A stretch of DNA of 30,724 nucleotides, taken from a virus. Taxonomy: Duplodnaviria > Caudoviricetes. Shown in pieces: positions 14,335 to 23,810 of this stretch (position 1 is its first letter; each line of letters starts with the position of its first letter). The stretch is from positions 1 to 30,724 of IMG/VR virus record IMGVR_UViG_3300011339_000196; one strand, written 5' to 3'. The notes under the pieces were generated by a model that was given only the letters and a program-made list of their open reading frames with translations, made no database searches and had not been told where the DNA came from. Position numbers and translations under genes: made by a program.

Positions 14335-14363
14335 ATTGTATAGTTTAGCCAGCTAAACGTCAA
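14335..14363 (-). promoter_or_regulatory. Sigma70 promoter with perfect operator O3
   Basis: Minus strand TTGACG-17-TACAAT; GTTTAGC-CA-GCTAAAC at 14343-14358 in the spacer. Confidence 0.85.
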
Positions 14364-14409
14364 CAACAATCAAAGAGCAGCAAGTGCAATCACATTTCCC
14401 CTATATAAA

Positions 14410-14745
14410 ATGATTGAGCATGAAGTCACCTCTGAAAAGCAACGCCTGGTTGAAAGCACCAGTGGGTTAGGCTTGCCCCATGAGCAGATAGCTATATTGG
14501 TTGGGATAGACGATAAGACGCTGAGAAAGTATTACCGCACTGAGTTAGACCTGGGCAAAGCCAAAGCAAATGGGCAGATAGCCCGGACACTGTTTGACAA
14601 GGCAACCAGCGGCGACACCACGGCACTGATCTGGTGGACAAAGACCCAGCTGCGGTGGGCCGAGACTGTCAAGCAAGAAATAACCGGAAAAGACGGTGAA
14701 GCGCTCCAGGGCATCCAGGTAACCTTTGTTAAGCCGAATGACTGA
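14410..14745 (+). CDS. terS: Terminase small subunit
   Basis: HTH (EQIAILVGIDDKTLRKYY), GDTTALIWWTK; directly upstream of TerL. Confidence 0.85.
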   Translation: MIEHEVTSEKQRLVESTSGLGLPHEQIAILVGIDDKTLRKYYRTELDLGKAKANGQIARTLFDKATSGDTTALIWWTKTQLRWAETVKQEITGKDGEALQGIQVTFVKPND

Positions 14746-15997
14746 CGTCAAAGCAGAGTTCCCTCTCAAGCTGCAAAGCCTGTTCCAGCGCAGCCGTTAC
14801 AAGGTTTGCTACGGCGGCAGGGGCGGTGCTAAGTCTTGGGGGATAGCTAGGGCATTGTTAATCAAAGGGGCCAAGGAGCCAATTCGCATACTGTGCGCCC
14901 GTGAGTACCAGACCAGCATCAAAGACAGCGTACACAAGCTTCTGTGCGACCAGATCGAGGCTTTGAACCTACATTCTTTCTACGAGATCACCCAGGCCAA
15001 CATCAAAGGCGCAAACGGCACTGAGTTCGCATTCGCTGGTCTGAAGAACAACATCAGCAACATAAAAAGTTTTGAAGGAGTTGATATTTGTTGGGTTGAG
15101 GAGGGAAGCACGGTCAGCCGCCTGTCTTGGAACGTGTTGATTCCAACCATCCGCAAAGAGAAAAGCGAGATATGGGTCAGCTTTAATCCTGAACTGGAAA
15201 CAGACGAGACTTACCAGCGTTTTGTGGTTAAGCCGCCTGATGACTGCATCCAGATTAAGGTGAACTGGTCAGACAACCCTTGGTTTCCCGAGACACTGCG
15301 GCTGGAAAAGGATTCGCTCAAGCAAAGGGATGAGGAATCGTATAACCAGGTTTGGGAAGGTTTATGCCGCCAAACAGTAGACGGGGCTATCTTTGCCAAG
15401 GAAATGCAGCAGGCCGAGAAAGATGGACGCATCTGCCGAGTGCCATTTGACGCCACAAAGCCTGTACACGCTGTTTTTGACTTGGGTTGGTCTGATAGCA
15501 CTGCCATCTGGTTCTTGCAGTTTGTAGGCATGGAAACAAGGCTTATCCGCTACATTGAGGACAGCCAAAAGACCATCAGCTATTATTTGGCAACCATGCA
15601 AACGTATGGTTACCACTACGACAAGGTATGGCTACCGCACGATGCCGAGAACAAGACACTAGCAGCATCTGGCCGCAGCATTGACGATATTGTCCGGGCG
15701 GCAGGGTACAAAACAGAGATATTGCCAAGGGTTCCCGTAGTGGACAGCATTAACGCAGCCAGAACAATATTCCCTAACTGCTACTTTGACCGAGAACACG
15801 CAGCTGATGGATTAGCCTGTTTACGGCACTACCGTTACGAAGTAGACCCAGACACCGGACAATTCAGCCGCAACCCCTTGCACGACCATTACAGCCACGG
15901 CGCTGATGCCTTTAGATACATTGGGCTTATGATTCGGGAACCGCACAAGCGCAAACCAAAAGCCATTGCCGAGGCCGCAGGCAGCTGGATGAATTGA
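14738..15997 (+). CDS. terL: Terminase large subunit (PBSX/SPP1-like)
   Basis: Walker A YGGRGGAKS, Walker B ICWVEE, coupling SFNP, nuclease DLG and HGADAFRY. Confidence 0.95.
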   Translation: MTDVKAEFPLKLQSLFQRSRYKVCYGGRGGAKSWGIARALLIKGAKEPIRILCAREYQTSIKDSVHKLLCDQIEALNLHSFYEITQANIKGANGTEFAFAGLKNNISNIKSFEGVDICWVEEGSTVSRLSWNVLIPTIRKEKSEIWVSFNPELETDETYQRFVVKPPDDCIQIKVNWSDNPWFPETLRLEKDSLKQRDEESYNQVWEGLCRQTVDGAIFAKEMQQAEKDGRICRVPFDATKPVHAVFDLGWSDSTAIWFLQFVGMETRLIRYIEDSQKTISYYLATMQTYGYHYDKVWLPHDAENKTLAASGRSIDDIVRAAGYKTEILPRVPVVDSINAARTIFPNCYFDREHAADGLACLRHYRYEVDPDTGQFSRNPLHDHYSHGADAFRYIGLMIREPHKRKPKAIAEAAGSWMN

Positions 15998-16006
15998 GGA
16001 TTGACC

Positions 16007-18109
16007 ATGAATGACCCACGCATTGACGAAGCCATTAAGTTTTGGCAGCTGGTGAACGACAGCGACAGCACCAACCGCAGCGAAGCCCTGCAAGACATAC
16101 GGTTTGCCGCGGGTGATCAATGGCCGGTAGAGATCCAAAACAGCAGAAATCTTGAAGCGAGGCCGTGCCTGACCATCAACAAAATTGATGCTTATGTGCG
16201 CCAGGTGACCAACCAGCAACGCCAGCAGCGTCCCCGCATCAAAGTGCATCCTGTAAACAACCTAGCAGACTACAAGATTGCCCAAGTGCTAGAAGGCATT
16301 ACCCGTCACATTGAGGTCAACAGCAACGCCGACACCGCCTATGACACCGCATTTGACTATGCAGTGCGTATGGGCTGGGGTTACTGGCGCATCAACACCA
16401 AGTACATCAGTGAGGATTCGTTTGACCAAGAAATCTACATTGATGCTATCGACAACCCGTTTACCGTTTATTTTGACCCTAATAGCGTCAGACCAGATGG
16501 GTCAGATGCCGAACGCTGCCTAGTGACCACGCTGCTGAGCAAGACCATTTTTAAGGAAATGTATCCCAATGCCGATGACGGGGCCAACTTCACGCACCGC
16601 AGCACGGGTGACAATTCCGCAAGCTGGGTGACCAAAGAGGATATTCGGATTGCTGAATTCTTCTACGTCACCAGGGAAAAGGCCAAGCTGTACTTGTTGA
16701 GTGATGGCAGCAGCGGGTTTGCAGACTCTGACCGATTCCTTGAGCGTGTAGCAGCTGCAGGATTGACGGTGGTGGACACCCGTGAAAGTTTCCGCAGGGC
16801 CGTAAAGTGGTGCAAGATGACTGCGCTCGAGATTCTTGAGGAAAAGACCTGGGATGGCAAATACATTCCCATCGTGCCCTGTTACGGTGCCCAGGTTATT
16901 GTGGACGACAAACGCAAGAAATATGGCCTGGTGCGGTTTGCCAAAGACCCCCAGCGGATGTACAACTTCTGGCGTACCAGCATGACCGAGAGCATTGCAC
17001 TGGCGCCCAAGGCCAAGTGGCTGCTTGCTGAAGGCCAGGACGAAGGCCATGAGAACGAATGGGCGCTGGCAAACATTAAGAGCAGCCCTGTGCTGCGTTA
17101 CAAGCAGAAAGACATAGAAGGCCAGCCTGCGCCCGTTCCAGTGCGCCTACAGCCCGAAGCGCCCCCTGCAGGCATCATGGACGCAGCCAGTGCCATCAAC
17201 ATGGATTTGCAGATGGTATTGGGTATTCTTGACCCCAACCAGCTGCCAAGCGGCAACATCAGCGGCAAAGCGCTTCAGGGCCAGCAGAGCCAGACTGATC
17301 TGAGCAACTTCCACTTTTACGACAACCTGACGCGCAGCATCAAGCATACGGGCAAGATTCTGCTGGATTTGATACCCAAGATTTACGATACCCAGCGGGT
17401 GATGCGGATTATTGGCAGCGATGGACAGCCAGATATGACCACCATCAATGAGCAAACCGCGGTGGGCGAAGTGCTGAACGATGTGACGGTTGGCGAGTAT
17501 GACGTTGTGATGGACACTGGGCCAGGGTTCCAAAGCAAGCGCCAGCAAGCTGTTGAGGCCATGATGCCACTGCTAACAGGCAACAAAGAACTGTTTGACC
17601 TAGCTGGTGACCTGGTGTTTAGGAATATGGACTTTCCAGGCGCAGATGTTATTGCTGACAGGCTGGCGGCTAAAAACCCGATGGCGCAGATTGACGAGAA
17701 ATCAGATATACCGCCCCAGGTGCAAATGCAATTGGCGCAGCAACAGCAACAACTCCAGCAAATGCAGCAGCAATTGCAAGCCGCCCAGCTGGAGATCAAT
17801 AACCGTATGCAAGTGGCGCAACTTAAAGACGAAGGCGAAACTAAGCGCAAGCTGATGGATGTGACTGCACGGGCGCATAACACCGAAACAATCGCAGAGG
17901 CTCGCGTTAACAATGAGAACATTCGTCGGGTTACCACGCAAAACCGCACTGAGATTGAGGCACTGGTCAAAATGTTAATTGCCAGAATGCCGCCTGACCA
18001 GCTGCTAATGGAGATTGAAAAGATGAACCAAGAGCAGGCCGCATACGCTCAATTTGGCATCCAGGACATAAGCGAAGGAGCAAATCCGCTAATCCAACCC
18101 ATGCAATAG
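16007..18109 (+). CDS. Portal protein, P22-like
   Basis: GDQWP, RPCLTINK, GLVRFAKDPQRMYN, SGKAL; C-terminal Q-rich coiled-coil barrel; follows terL. Confidence 0.93.
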   Translation: MNDPRIDEAIKFWQLVNDSDSTNRSEALQDIRFAAGDQWPVEIQNSRNLEARPCLTINKIDAYVRQVTNQQRQQRPRIKVHPVNNLADYKIAQVLEGITRHIEVNSNADTAYDTAFDYAVRMGWGYWRINTKYISEDSFDQEIYIDAIDNPFTVYFDPNSVRPDGSDAERCLVTTLLSKTIFKEMYPNADDGANFTHRSTGDNSASWVTKEDIRIAEFFYVTREKAKLYLLSDGSSGFADSDRFLERVAAAGLTVVDTRESFRRAVKWCKMTALEILEEKTWDGKYIPIVPCYGAQVIVDDKRKKYGLVRFAKDPQRMYNFWRTSMTESIALAPKAKWLLAEGQDEGHENEWALANIKSSPVLRYKQKDIEGQPAPVPVRLQPEAPPAGIMDAASAINMDLQMVLGILDPNQLPSGNISGKALQGQQSQTDLSNFHFYDNLTRSIKHTGKILLDLIPKIYDTQRVMRIIGSDGQPDMTTINEQTAVGEVLNDVTVGEYDVVMDTGPGFQSKRQQAVEAMMPLLTGNKELFDLAGDLVFRNMDFPGADVIADRLAAKNPMAQIDEKSDIPPQVQMQLAQQQQQLQQMQQQLQAAQLEINNRMQVAQLKDEGETKRKLMDVTARAHNTETIAEARVNNENIRRVTTQNRTEIEALVKMLIARMPPDQLLMEIEKMNQEQAAYAQFGIQDISEGANPLIQPMQ

Positions 18110-18139
18110 TTGCATAACCATTTGTTTTTGGGTAATAAT
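18110..18139 (+). promoter_or_regulatory. Candidate promoter for scaffold/coat genes
   Basis: TTGCAT-17-TAATAA(T) in intergenic gap, followed by GCCCC...GGGGC stem and GGAG SD. Confidence 0.5.
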
Positions 18140-18189
18140 GCCCCAACCCGACCCGTGGGTAGTAACGGGGCAAATCCTTGGAGTAATCC

Positions 18190-19077
18190 ATGTCTGAAGA
18201 AGTAAGTGCAGTACAGAAAAGACTAGAAGCCAGTACGGTGACTAGCGAAAATTTAGCTGAATTCCAAGCTGAAAAGCTAGGTTTAGCTGACAAACCGCCA
18301 CGCGAGGCTATTGAAACAATAGAGCCGCTGGACGATGATAGTCAGAGTGAACCAGCCAGTGACGAGCAGCAAACAACAGAGGAAAAAAGGCGACCTAAGA
18401 TTGAGCGACGGTTTGAGGCGGTAACCAAGGCGCGTGATGAAGCAAAGCAAGAAGCAATGCGGGAGCGCGAAGCCAGGGTAAGCCTTGAACAACGGTTAGC
18501 GGAAATGGAACGGAAACAAGCCCCCAAGGGCGAAGCCGAACCAGACCCAAGCCAGTTTACCGATATGTTTGAATATGCCAAGGCATTGACAGACTACAAG
18601 GTTGACCAGCGATTAGGGGAAGAACGACAGAAGGCAGTACAGGCCAAGGTGCAAGCCGAGAAAGAGCAGGTATTAAATACTTGGTCAGAACGGGTTAACC
18701 AGGCCAAAGCAGCAATGCCAGATTTTGAGCGAGTGGTGAAAAGCGCAGACATGACAGTAGTCAATGAAGTGCGTGATGCCATATTCGAGTCAGATGTTGG
18801 GCCGCAGCTGCTGTATCACCTTGCTGACAATCCCGAATTCGTTGAAAAGCTGCAAGGGATGACGCCAGCCGCACAGTTGCGACAAATTGGGAAGTTAGAG
18901 GCTATGTTTGAGAAACAAGACTCAAAGCCTGTTGTCCAGAGAAGTAGAGCAAGCGCACCGATTACCCCTATTCGGTCAGCCGCCAACGGGCGTGATGTTG
19001 CATTGACTGCTGATGGGCAGTTTCATGGCAGCTACCAAGCCTGGAAAGCAGGTAGACTTAATGGGCAAATTCGATAA
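18190..19077 (+). CDS. Capsid scaffolding protein
   Basis: Charged coiled-coil between portal and coat; SDVGPQLLYHLADNP motif. Confidence 0.85.
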   Translation: MSEEVSAVQKRLEASTVTSENLAEFQAEKLGLADKPPREAIETIEPLDDDSQSEPASDEQQTTEEKRRPKIERRFEAVTKARDEAKQEAMREREARVSLEQRLAEMERKQAPKGEAEPDPSQFTDMFEYAKALTDYKVDQRLGEERQKAVQAKVQAEKEQVLNTWSERVNQAKAAMPDFERVVKSADMTVVNEVRDAIFESDVGPQLLYHLADNPEFVEKLQGMTPAAQLRQIGKLEAMFEKQDSKPVVQRSRASAPITPIRSAANGRDVALTADGQFHGSYQAWKAGRLNGQIR

Positions 19078-19097
19078 CCATTTTTTTAGGATTTATC

Positions 19098-20345
19098 ATG
19101 GCAAATAATTTGCTTACCATCAGCATGATCACCAACGAAGCGTTGATGGTTTTAGAAAACGAGCTCACATTTACCTCGCAGGTGGAACGTAACTATGACG
19201 ATCAATTCGCTGTAACCGGCGCAAAGATTGGCGCAACATTAAACGTCCGTCGCCCTGGCCGTTTTGTTGGCACTTCTGGCCCAGCGTTGAACGTGGAAGA
19301 CTTCAACGAGACGTCTGTACCAGTAACTTTGTCAACGCAGTTCCACGTTGATACCCAGTTCACCACGCAGGATCTGGCGCTGTCTCTTGACCGCTTCAGT
19401 GATCGAGTGCTAAAACCCGCGGTTGCTGCTATTGCCAACAAGATTGACCGTGATGGTCTGGTGATGGCTAAAAACGCCACTGCCAACATTGTCGGTACTG
19501 CTGGCACTGTCCCCACCAGCTTGCTGACCTACCTCACGGCAGGCGCATACCTGGACTCCGAGGGCGCACCACGCGATGGCCGCAGGGCTTGCATTGTTGA
19601 ACCGTTTACCGGCGCAACGATTGTGGACTCGCTCAAAGGTCTGTTTGTGCCTTCCAACACCATTGCCAAGCAATACGAGCGCGGCATGATGGGCAAGGAC
19701 TCGGCAGGCATGATGTGGAAGATGGATCAGAACGTTGTTAGCCAAACTTTTGGCTCCTACGCTACTGCTACCCTGGCTTGCGCTACTACCACGGCAACCG
19801 GCTTTCTGACCAGCGGCTGGGCATCAACGTCCACCATTGCTCTGACTGCTACCACTGCTACGGCTGGCCTCAAGCAAGGCGACACCATTACCATTGCAAA
19901 CATCTTTGCAGCCAACCCACAAAATCGCGCAGCTTACGGCTCCAACCGTCTGCGTAGTTTTGTTGTCCAGGCTGATGTGACGGTTGCAACCTCTGGCACG
20001 ACTTCTGTGATCGTCAGCCCTGCTGTGATTACTGCTGGTCAATTCCAGAATGTGGTGGTCAACAGCACTAGCGCTACCGCAGTTGTGACCCCGTTCAACA
20101 ACACTGGCGTTGTTTCTCCGCAAAATATTGTGATGCACAAAAATGCCTTCACTATGGCCTGCGCTGATCTGGAACTGCCTGATGGCGTTCACTTTGCTGG
20201 CCGTGCAGCTGATAAGGAACTGGGCCTGTCCATGCGTGTTGTGCGTCAGTACACTATCAACAATGACTCTATCCCAACTCGCGTAGACGTTCTCTACGGT
20301 TGGGCGCCGCTGTACCCCGAGCTTGCTTGCCGGGTTGCCGCTTAA
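19098..20345 (+). CDS. Major capsid protein, P22 coat (gp5) family
   Basis: MANNLLT..ITNEAL..LEN, KIGATLNVRRP, RVDVLYGW. Confidence 0.93.
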   Translation: MANNLLTISMITNEALMVLENELTFTSQVERNYDDQFAVTGAKIGATLNVRRPGRFVGTSGPALNVEDFNETSVPVTLSTQFHVDTQFTTQDLALSLDRFSDRVLKPAVAAIANKIDRDGLVMAKNATANIVGTAGTVPTSLLTYLTAGAYLDSEGAPRDGRRACIVEPFTGATIVDSLKGLFVPSNTIAKQYERGMMGKDSAGMMWKMDQNVVSQTFGSYATATLACATTTATGFLTSGWASTSTIALTATTATAGLKQGDTITIANIFAANPQNRAAYGSNRLRSFVVQADVTVATSGTTSVIVSPAVITAGQFQNVVVNSTSATAVVTPFNNTGVVSPQNIVMHKNAFTMACADLELPDGVHFAGRAADKELGLSMRVVRQYTINNDSIPTRVDVLYGWAPLYPELACRVAA

Positions 20346-20370
20346 CACCTACCACTAAGGAGTAACTATC

Positions 20371-20802
20371 ATGGCAAATCCAGGCGCAGCAACAACCACT
20401 ACCGTCCATCCGCAAACTCTGTCGAGTAACCAGGCCATCCGCTTGATTGCTTACGCAACGGGCGTTTCTATCAATGCCACAGGCGATGCAGCAATTACTT
20501 TGCCGGTCATCAACACCACCAGCTACAACATCACCAATGTCATTATTACTAATGCCAACAAAGATGTGTCTGGTGGTGCTTTGGCAATCTGGACGCAACC
20601 AGCTGGTGCGGGTACTGAAATCGTGACTAACGCATCGTTGACGAGCAATACCAGTTCAGCTTACGTCACCAAATCCACGGTGGTAGCGGCTACTGGCACG
20701 GCTAACCTTTCAGCCCAGGTGTTCTACGTCCGGGTTGGAACTGCTGTTTCTGGCGGCACGATTGACGTTTTTGTCTACGGTACTGATTTCACAGCGTTCT
20801 AA
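20371..20802 (+). CDS. Probable capsid decoration/minor head protein
   Basis: T/A/V-rich beta protein right after coat, before terminator; AAGGAG SD. Confidence 0.65.
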   Translation: MANPGAATTTTVHPQTLSSNQAIRLIAYATGVSINATGDAAITLPVINTTSYNITNVIITNANKDVSGGALAIWTQPAGAGTEIVTNASLTSNTSSAYVTKSTVVAATGTANLSAQVFYVRVGTAVSGGTIDVFVYGTDFTAF

Positions 20803-20823
20803 ACTGTCGGTTTTCAGTAAAAT

Positions 20824-20858
20824 AAAAGGGGACTGTTCGCAAGGGCGGTTCCCTTTTT
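20824..20858 (+). terminator. Rho-independent terminator after head genes
   Basis: GGGACTGTTC-GCAA-GGGCGGTTCCC stem (with G-U pairs) followed by TTTTT. Confidence 0.85.
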
Positions 20859-20870
20859 CACTCAAAAATC

Positions 20871-21338
20871 ATGGCTACAACATCCCTATCCCCCACGCCC
20901 AAGCTGCAATTCTTTGATCTGAACGGCGCACCGTTGTCGGGTGGGTTGCTGTACACCTACGCTGCTGGCACAACCACTCCACTAGCCACCTACACCGACA
21001 GCACCGGCAACATTGCCAACACTAACCCCATCGTCCTGGACAGCCGTGGCGAGGCTAATGTGTGGCTTAGTGGGGCTATCTATAAGTTTGCTCTTTACAC
21101 CAGCGTTAGCGTGTTGATCTGGACAGTAGACAACATTTCAACCAATGGCAGCAATCTGTCGGTTACTGAACATACTGGTGACGGGGCAACGACTGCCTTT
21201 GCGGTTTCAGATGGGTTTACTGCTATCTACATCAACGGCGTGTACCAGAACCGCAACACCTACACCACAACCAGCGGCACGGTGACGTTTAGCCAAGCAC
21301 CGCCCTACACATCCATTATTGAAGTTGTTTACAACTAG
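20871..21338 (+). CDS. Tail attachment/adaptor protein (tailspike head-binding-like N-domain)
   Basis: QFFD.NG.PL.GG.LYTY.AGTTTP..TY..NTNPI.LD.RG; C-terminal GDG.TT.F..YINGVYQ..F..APP module. Confidence 0.7.
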   Translation: MATTSLSPTPKLQFFDLNGAPLSGGLLYTYAAGTTTPLATYTDSTGNIANTNPIVLDSRGEANVWLSGAIYKFALYTSVSVLIWTVDNISTNGSNLSVTEHTGDGATTAFAVSDGFTAIYINGVYQNRNTYTTTSGTVTFSQAPPYTSIIEVVYN

Positions 21339-21346
21339 GAATCGCC

Positions 21347-21922
21347 ATGTTAAAAGTAGCAAATTCAGTCATCAACGCCAGCCAAATTGCAACGCCAATC
21401 ACATTTGCTGGTGACGTTACCCTGTCCACAGGCAACCTAATCATCGGCACATCTGGCAAAGGCATCGACTTTTCTGCTACATCACATCCTGCTGGGATGA
21501 CCAGCGAGTTGTTGGCTGACTATGAAGAAGGCACTTGGACGCCAGTTGTTGCAGATGCTTCAAGCGGTGGAAATACCGGAACATTTTCCGGAAGTGGAAA
21601 TTATACAAAAGTTGGTAGGCAAGTTACAGTCAGAATGTATTTAAGCTACATAAACACAACTGGAATGACTGGTGCTAATACGCTGTTTATTCGTGGTTTG
21701 CCTTATGCCGCAGCTTCATCTGCACAGGGTAGTTTTTACACTTACCGAGTTGCACGAGATGCAGCAACAGTAAGTTCATGTGCCCATATTGGTGATCCTG
21801 CAAGTTTCTTCAATTTTGCTTTGTTTACAATTCTTAGCGCAACCGCAGACAAAAGAATTCTTGTTTCAGATATTGTTTCGGGTACTAGCGAAATTCAAAC
21901 GACCCTTACTTATTTTGCGTAA
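21347..21922 (+). CDS. Short tail fibre/receptor-binding protein
   Basis: GKGIDFSA, LADYEEGTWTP, G.YTKVGRQVTV, GLPY motifs. Confidence 0.75.
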   Translation: MLKVANSVINASQIATPITFAGDVTLSTGNLIIGTSGKGIDFSATSHPAGMTSELLADYEEGTWTPVVADASSGGNTGTFSGSGNYTKVGRQVTVRMYLSYINTTGMTGANTLFIRGLPYAAASSAQGSFYTYRVARDAATVSSCAHIGDPASFFNFALFTILSATADKRILVSDIVSGTSEIQTTLTYFA

Positions 21923-21931
21923 GGATTAAAT

Positions 21932-23221
21932 ATGTCGCTCACAAAAGTTTCCTATTCAATGATTGAAGGCGATGTAATCAATGCCTTTGATTACATGACA
22001 CCTGCTGAGATTGCTGATGTTACTAGCAACACTGCAAGTCTTAATGTTGCAACTGCTGTTCAAGCAGCCATTACTGATGCAACTGCCGCCAAAAAGATTT
22101 TGCGATTGCCAGCAGGTACTTATCGACTAGAAGCTACGTTGACCATTTCAGGCAACAACTGGTTAATTGGTGATGGCAAAGACGGTACAAAACTAGAATG
22201 CCAACATGGTGGCAGTTGTATTATTGCAAGCGCATGGGGTGGCCGAATTGCCGCACTTAGCATCTACACCTATGAGATAGGTTCTAACGCCATCCAAGCG
22301 GGTAACAATTCACGCAACTGCTGTATTGATGCGGTGTATCTTGATGCTACTGCTATTGGCGCAACAACCCTTGGCGCTGGCATTTACTTGTACGAACCTG
22401 ATGGTTTTTCTGGTGGCATCACAATTTCTAACAGCTACGCCATTCAGTTTAAGTATGGTATTTTAATGGATGGCGTAAACATCAACACCGCCACTTGGAC
22501 AACGGTTTCAATTTACAACTTTTGGGCTGTTGGCATTTTGTCAAGCGGAATCCCGCGTGTTGGTACTTATGGCATTTACATGAGTGCTCTTACCAACGGC
22601 ATCGGGACTTGTATGTATGGCGGTACGCTTGAGCAGTTTGAGTACGCTATCTATGTTGCCGATGGCTCATATGGCGGTGTGTTTGAAACCGACATGGAAG
22701 GCAACACCAATGAATACTACATTGGAAACAATTTTCAAGGTCACATCACTTCAGCATTTGGCGTCCCAAGCATTTCCCGCACCAGCAACACACCAACGCA
22801 AATTTGGGATTATTACGAGCTTATAGGTGGTTTTGGCCCCAAGCAAGAAAATTACTATGCACCTTCTTGGCTTGTTTCTACTGGAAGCGGTGAAGCTACA
22901 AAAATAAATTATTACCGCAATAGCGTAAGTGTAATTGACGGTGGCGCTCTTGACGCAAACGCAACCAAATTTGCATTCGGCATGGGGCAATCTGGAGTGT
23001 TTGGTTCAGCAGTTCATCCAAGTACCCACTATGTCCAAGTTAGCAATTCAAAATTGCATTGGGGCAACGATATACCTTCTGCCAGAACAGGAGCTCAACT
23101 TGTGGCTTGGATTCAAGGTGATATCTGCTACAACTTATCAGCAACAGTTGGTCAGCCTATTGGTTGGATGTGTACAGTGGCAGGGACACCCGGCACTTGG
23201 GTTGCAATGGCTAATCTCTAA
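21932..23221 (+). CDS. Tailspike with pectate-lyase-like beta-helix (putative depolymerase)
   Basis: AVQAAI....LRLPAGTY..L.GDG..T.L cap, beta-helix-like repeats, C-terminal GWMCTVAGTPGTW. Confidence 0.8.
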   Translation: MSLTKVSYSMIEGDVINAFDYMTPAEIADVTSNTASLNVATAVQAAITDATAAKKILRLPAGTYRLEATLTISGNNWLIGDGKDGTKLECQHGGSCIIASAWGGRIAALSIYTYEIGSNAIQAGNNSRNCCIDAVYLDATAIGATTLGAGIYLYEPDGFSGGITISNSYAIQFKYGILMDGVNINTATWTTVSIYNFWAVGILSSGIPRVGTYGIYMSALTNGIGTCMYGGTLEQFEYAIYVADGSYGGVFETDMEGNTNEYYIGNNFQGHITSAFGVPSISRTSNTPTQIWDYYELIGGFGPKQENYYAPSWLVSTGSGEATKINYYRNSVSVIDGGALDANATKFAFGMGQSGVFGSAVHPSTHYVQVSNSKLHWGNDIPSARTGAQLVAWIQGDICYNLSATVGQPIGWMCTVAGTPGTWVAMANL

Positions 23222-23232
23222 AGGAATCAATC

Positions 23233-23484
23233 ATGGCTTTGAAAAAAATCGAACCTACTCAATTTGGTTTTGATGTGCCGAACGCATATCAACGTGTTGA
23301 AAATATAAAACTCAGAAAAACCTCAATGCAATTTCAACTTTGCATTTACTCTGATGTAACCAAAACTGCGTTTAGTCATAAGAACTACGCTTGTGCTTAC
23401 AACATGGCTGGAGCAAACCCAATCGCCCAAGCCTACGCCCATTTGAAAACCCTGCCAGAATTTGCTGGCGCAACTGATTGTTAA
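23233..23484 (+). CDS. Tail fibre-associated small protein (chaperone-like)
   Basis: NAYQRVE and QAYAHLKTLPEFAGATDC; AAGGA SD. Confidence 0.7.
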   Translation: MALKKIEPTQFGFDVPNAYQRVENIKLRKTSMQFQLCIYSDVTKTAFSHKNYACAYNMAGANPIAQAYAHLKTLPEFAGATDC

Positions 23485-23527
23485 ACCAAAGCCCAAGTGG
23501 ATTCTTGGGTCATACTAGGAGAGCATC

Positions 23528-23773
23528 ATGCTTGAGAAAATTGAAATCGTTGACCGTATTGAAGTGATCGAAAACGGCTCGGTGCAAGTACGCACCAAAA
23601 CCGCCATCATGGAAGATGGCAAACAGATCAGCGGCTCATTCCACCGTCATGTTGTTGCCCCTGGCGATGACTACAGCGCCGAGGATGCCCGTGTGCAAGC
23701 CATTTGCAAAGCAACGCATACTGCGGCTGTGGTGGCGGCTTACAAGGCGGCACAAGCTGCTGCTACGCCATAA
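23528..23773 (+). CDS. Tail fibre-associated small protein
   Basis: VDRIEV.ENG.VQVR..FHRHVV.PG.D.S.ED..VQAIC; AGGAG SD. Confidence 0.75.
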   Translation: MLEKIEIVDRIEVIENGSVQVRTKTAIMEDGKQISGSFHRHVVAPGDDYSAEDARVQAICKATHTAAVVAAYKAAQAAATP

Positions 23774-23810
23774 TTAGGCACGAGCCGCTGAACAACCTTG
23801 AAAGACAAAA

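Noticed and set aside
17720-17790. CAG/CAA-rich tract in portal (and poly-Q near 12101)
   Set aside because: Codon-level low complexity of a Gln-rich coiled coil; not a DNA element.
18161-18168. AGTAACGG in the scaffold leader, identical to the C4-like target at 6007-6014
   Set aside because: One 8-mer match is expected by chance in 30 kb and the second target element is absent.
18281-18296. Operator half-site GTTTAGC (also near 5400)
   Set aside because: No matching second half at the right spacing and no associated promoter.
15211-20598. Many minus-strand ORFs (up to 195 aa) opposite terminase, portal, scaffold and coat
   Set aside because: Expected antisense shadows of strongly coding genes; no promoter or family signal, unlike 14122..14328.
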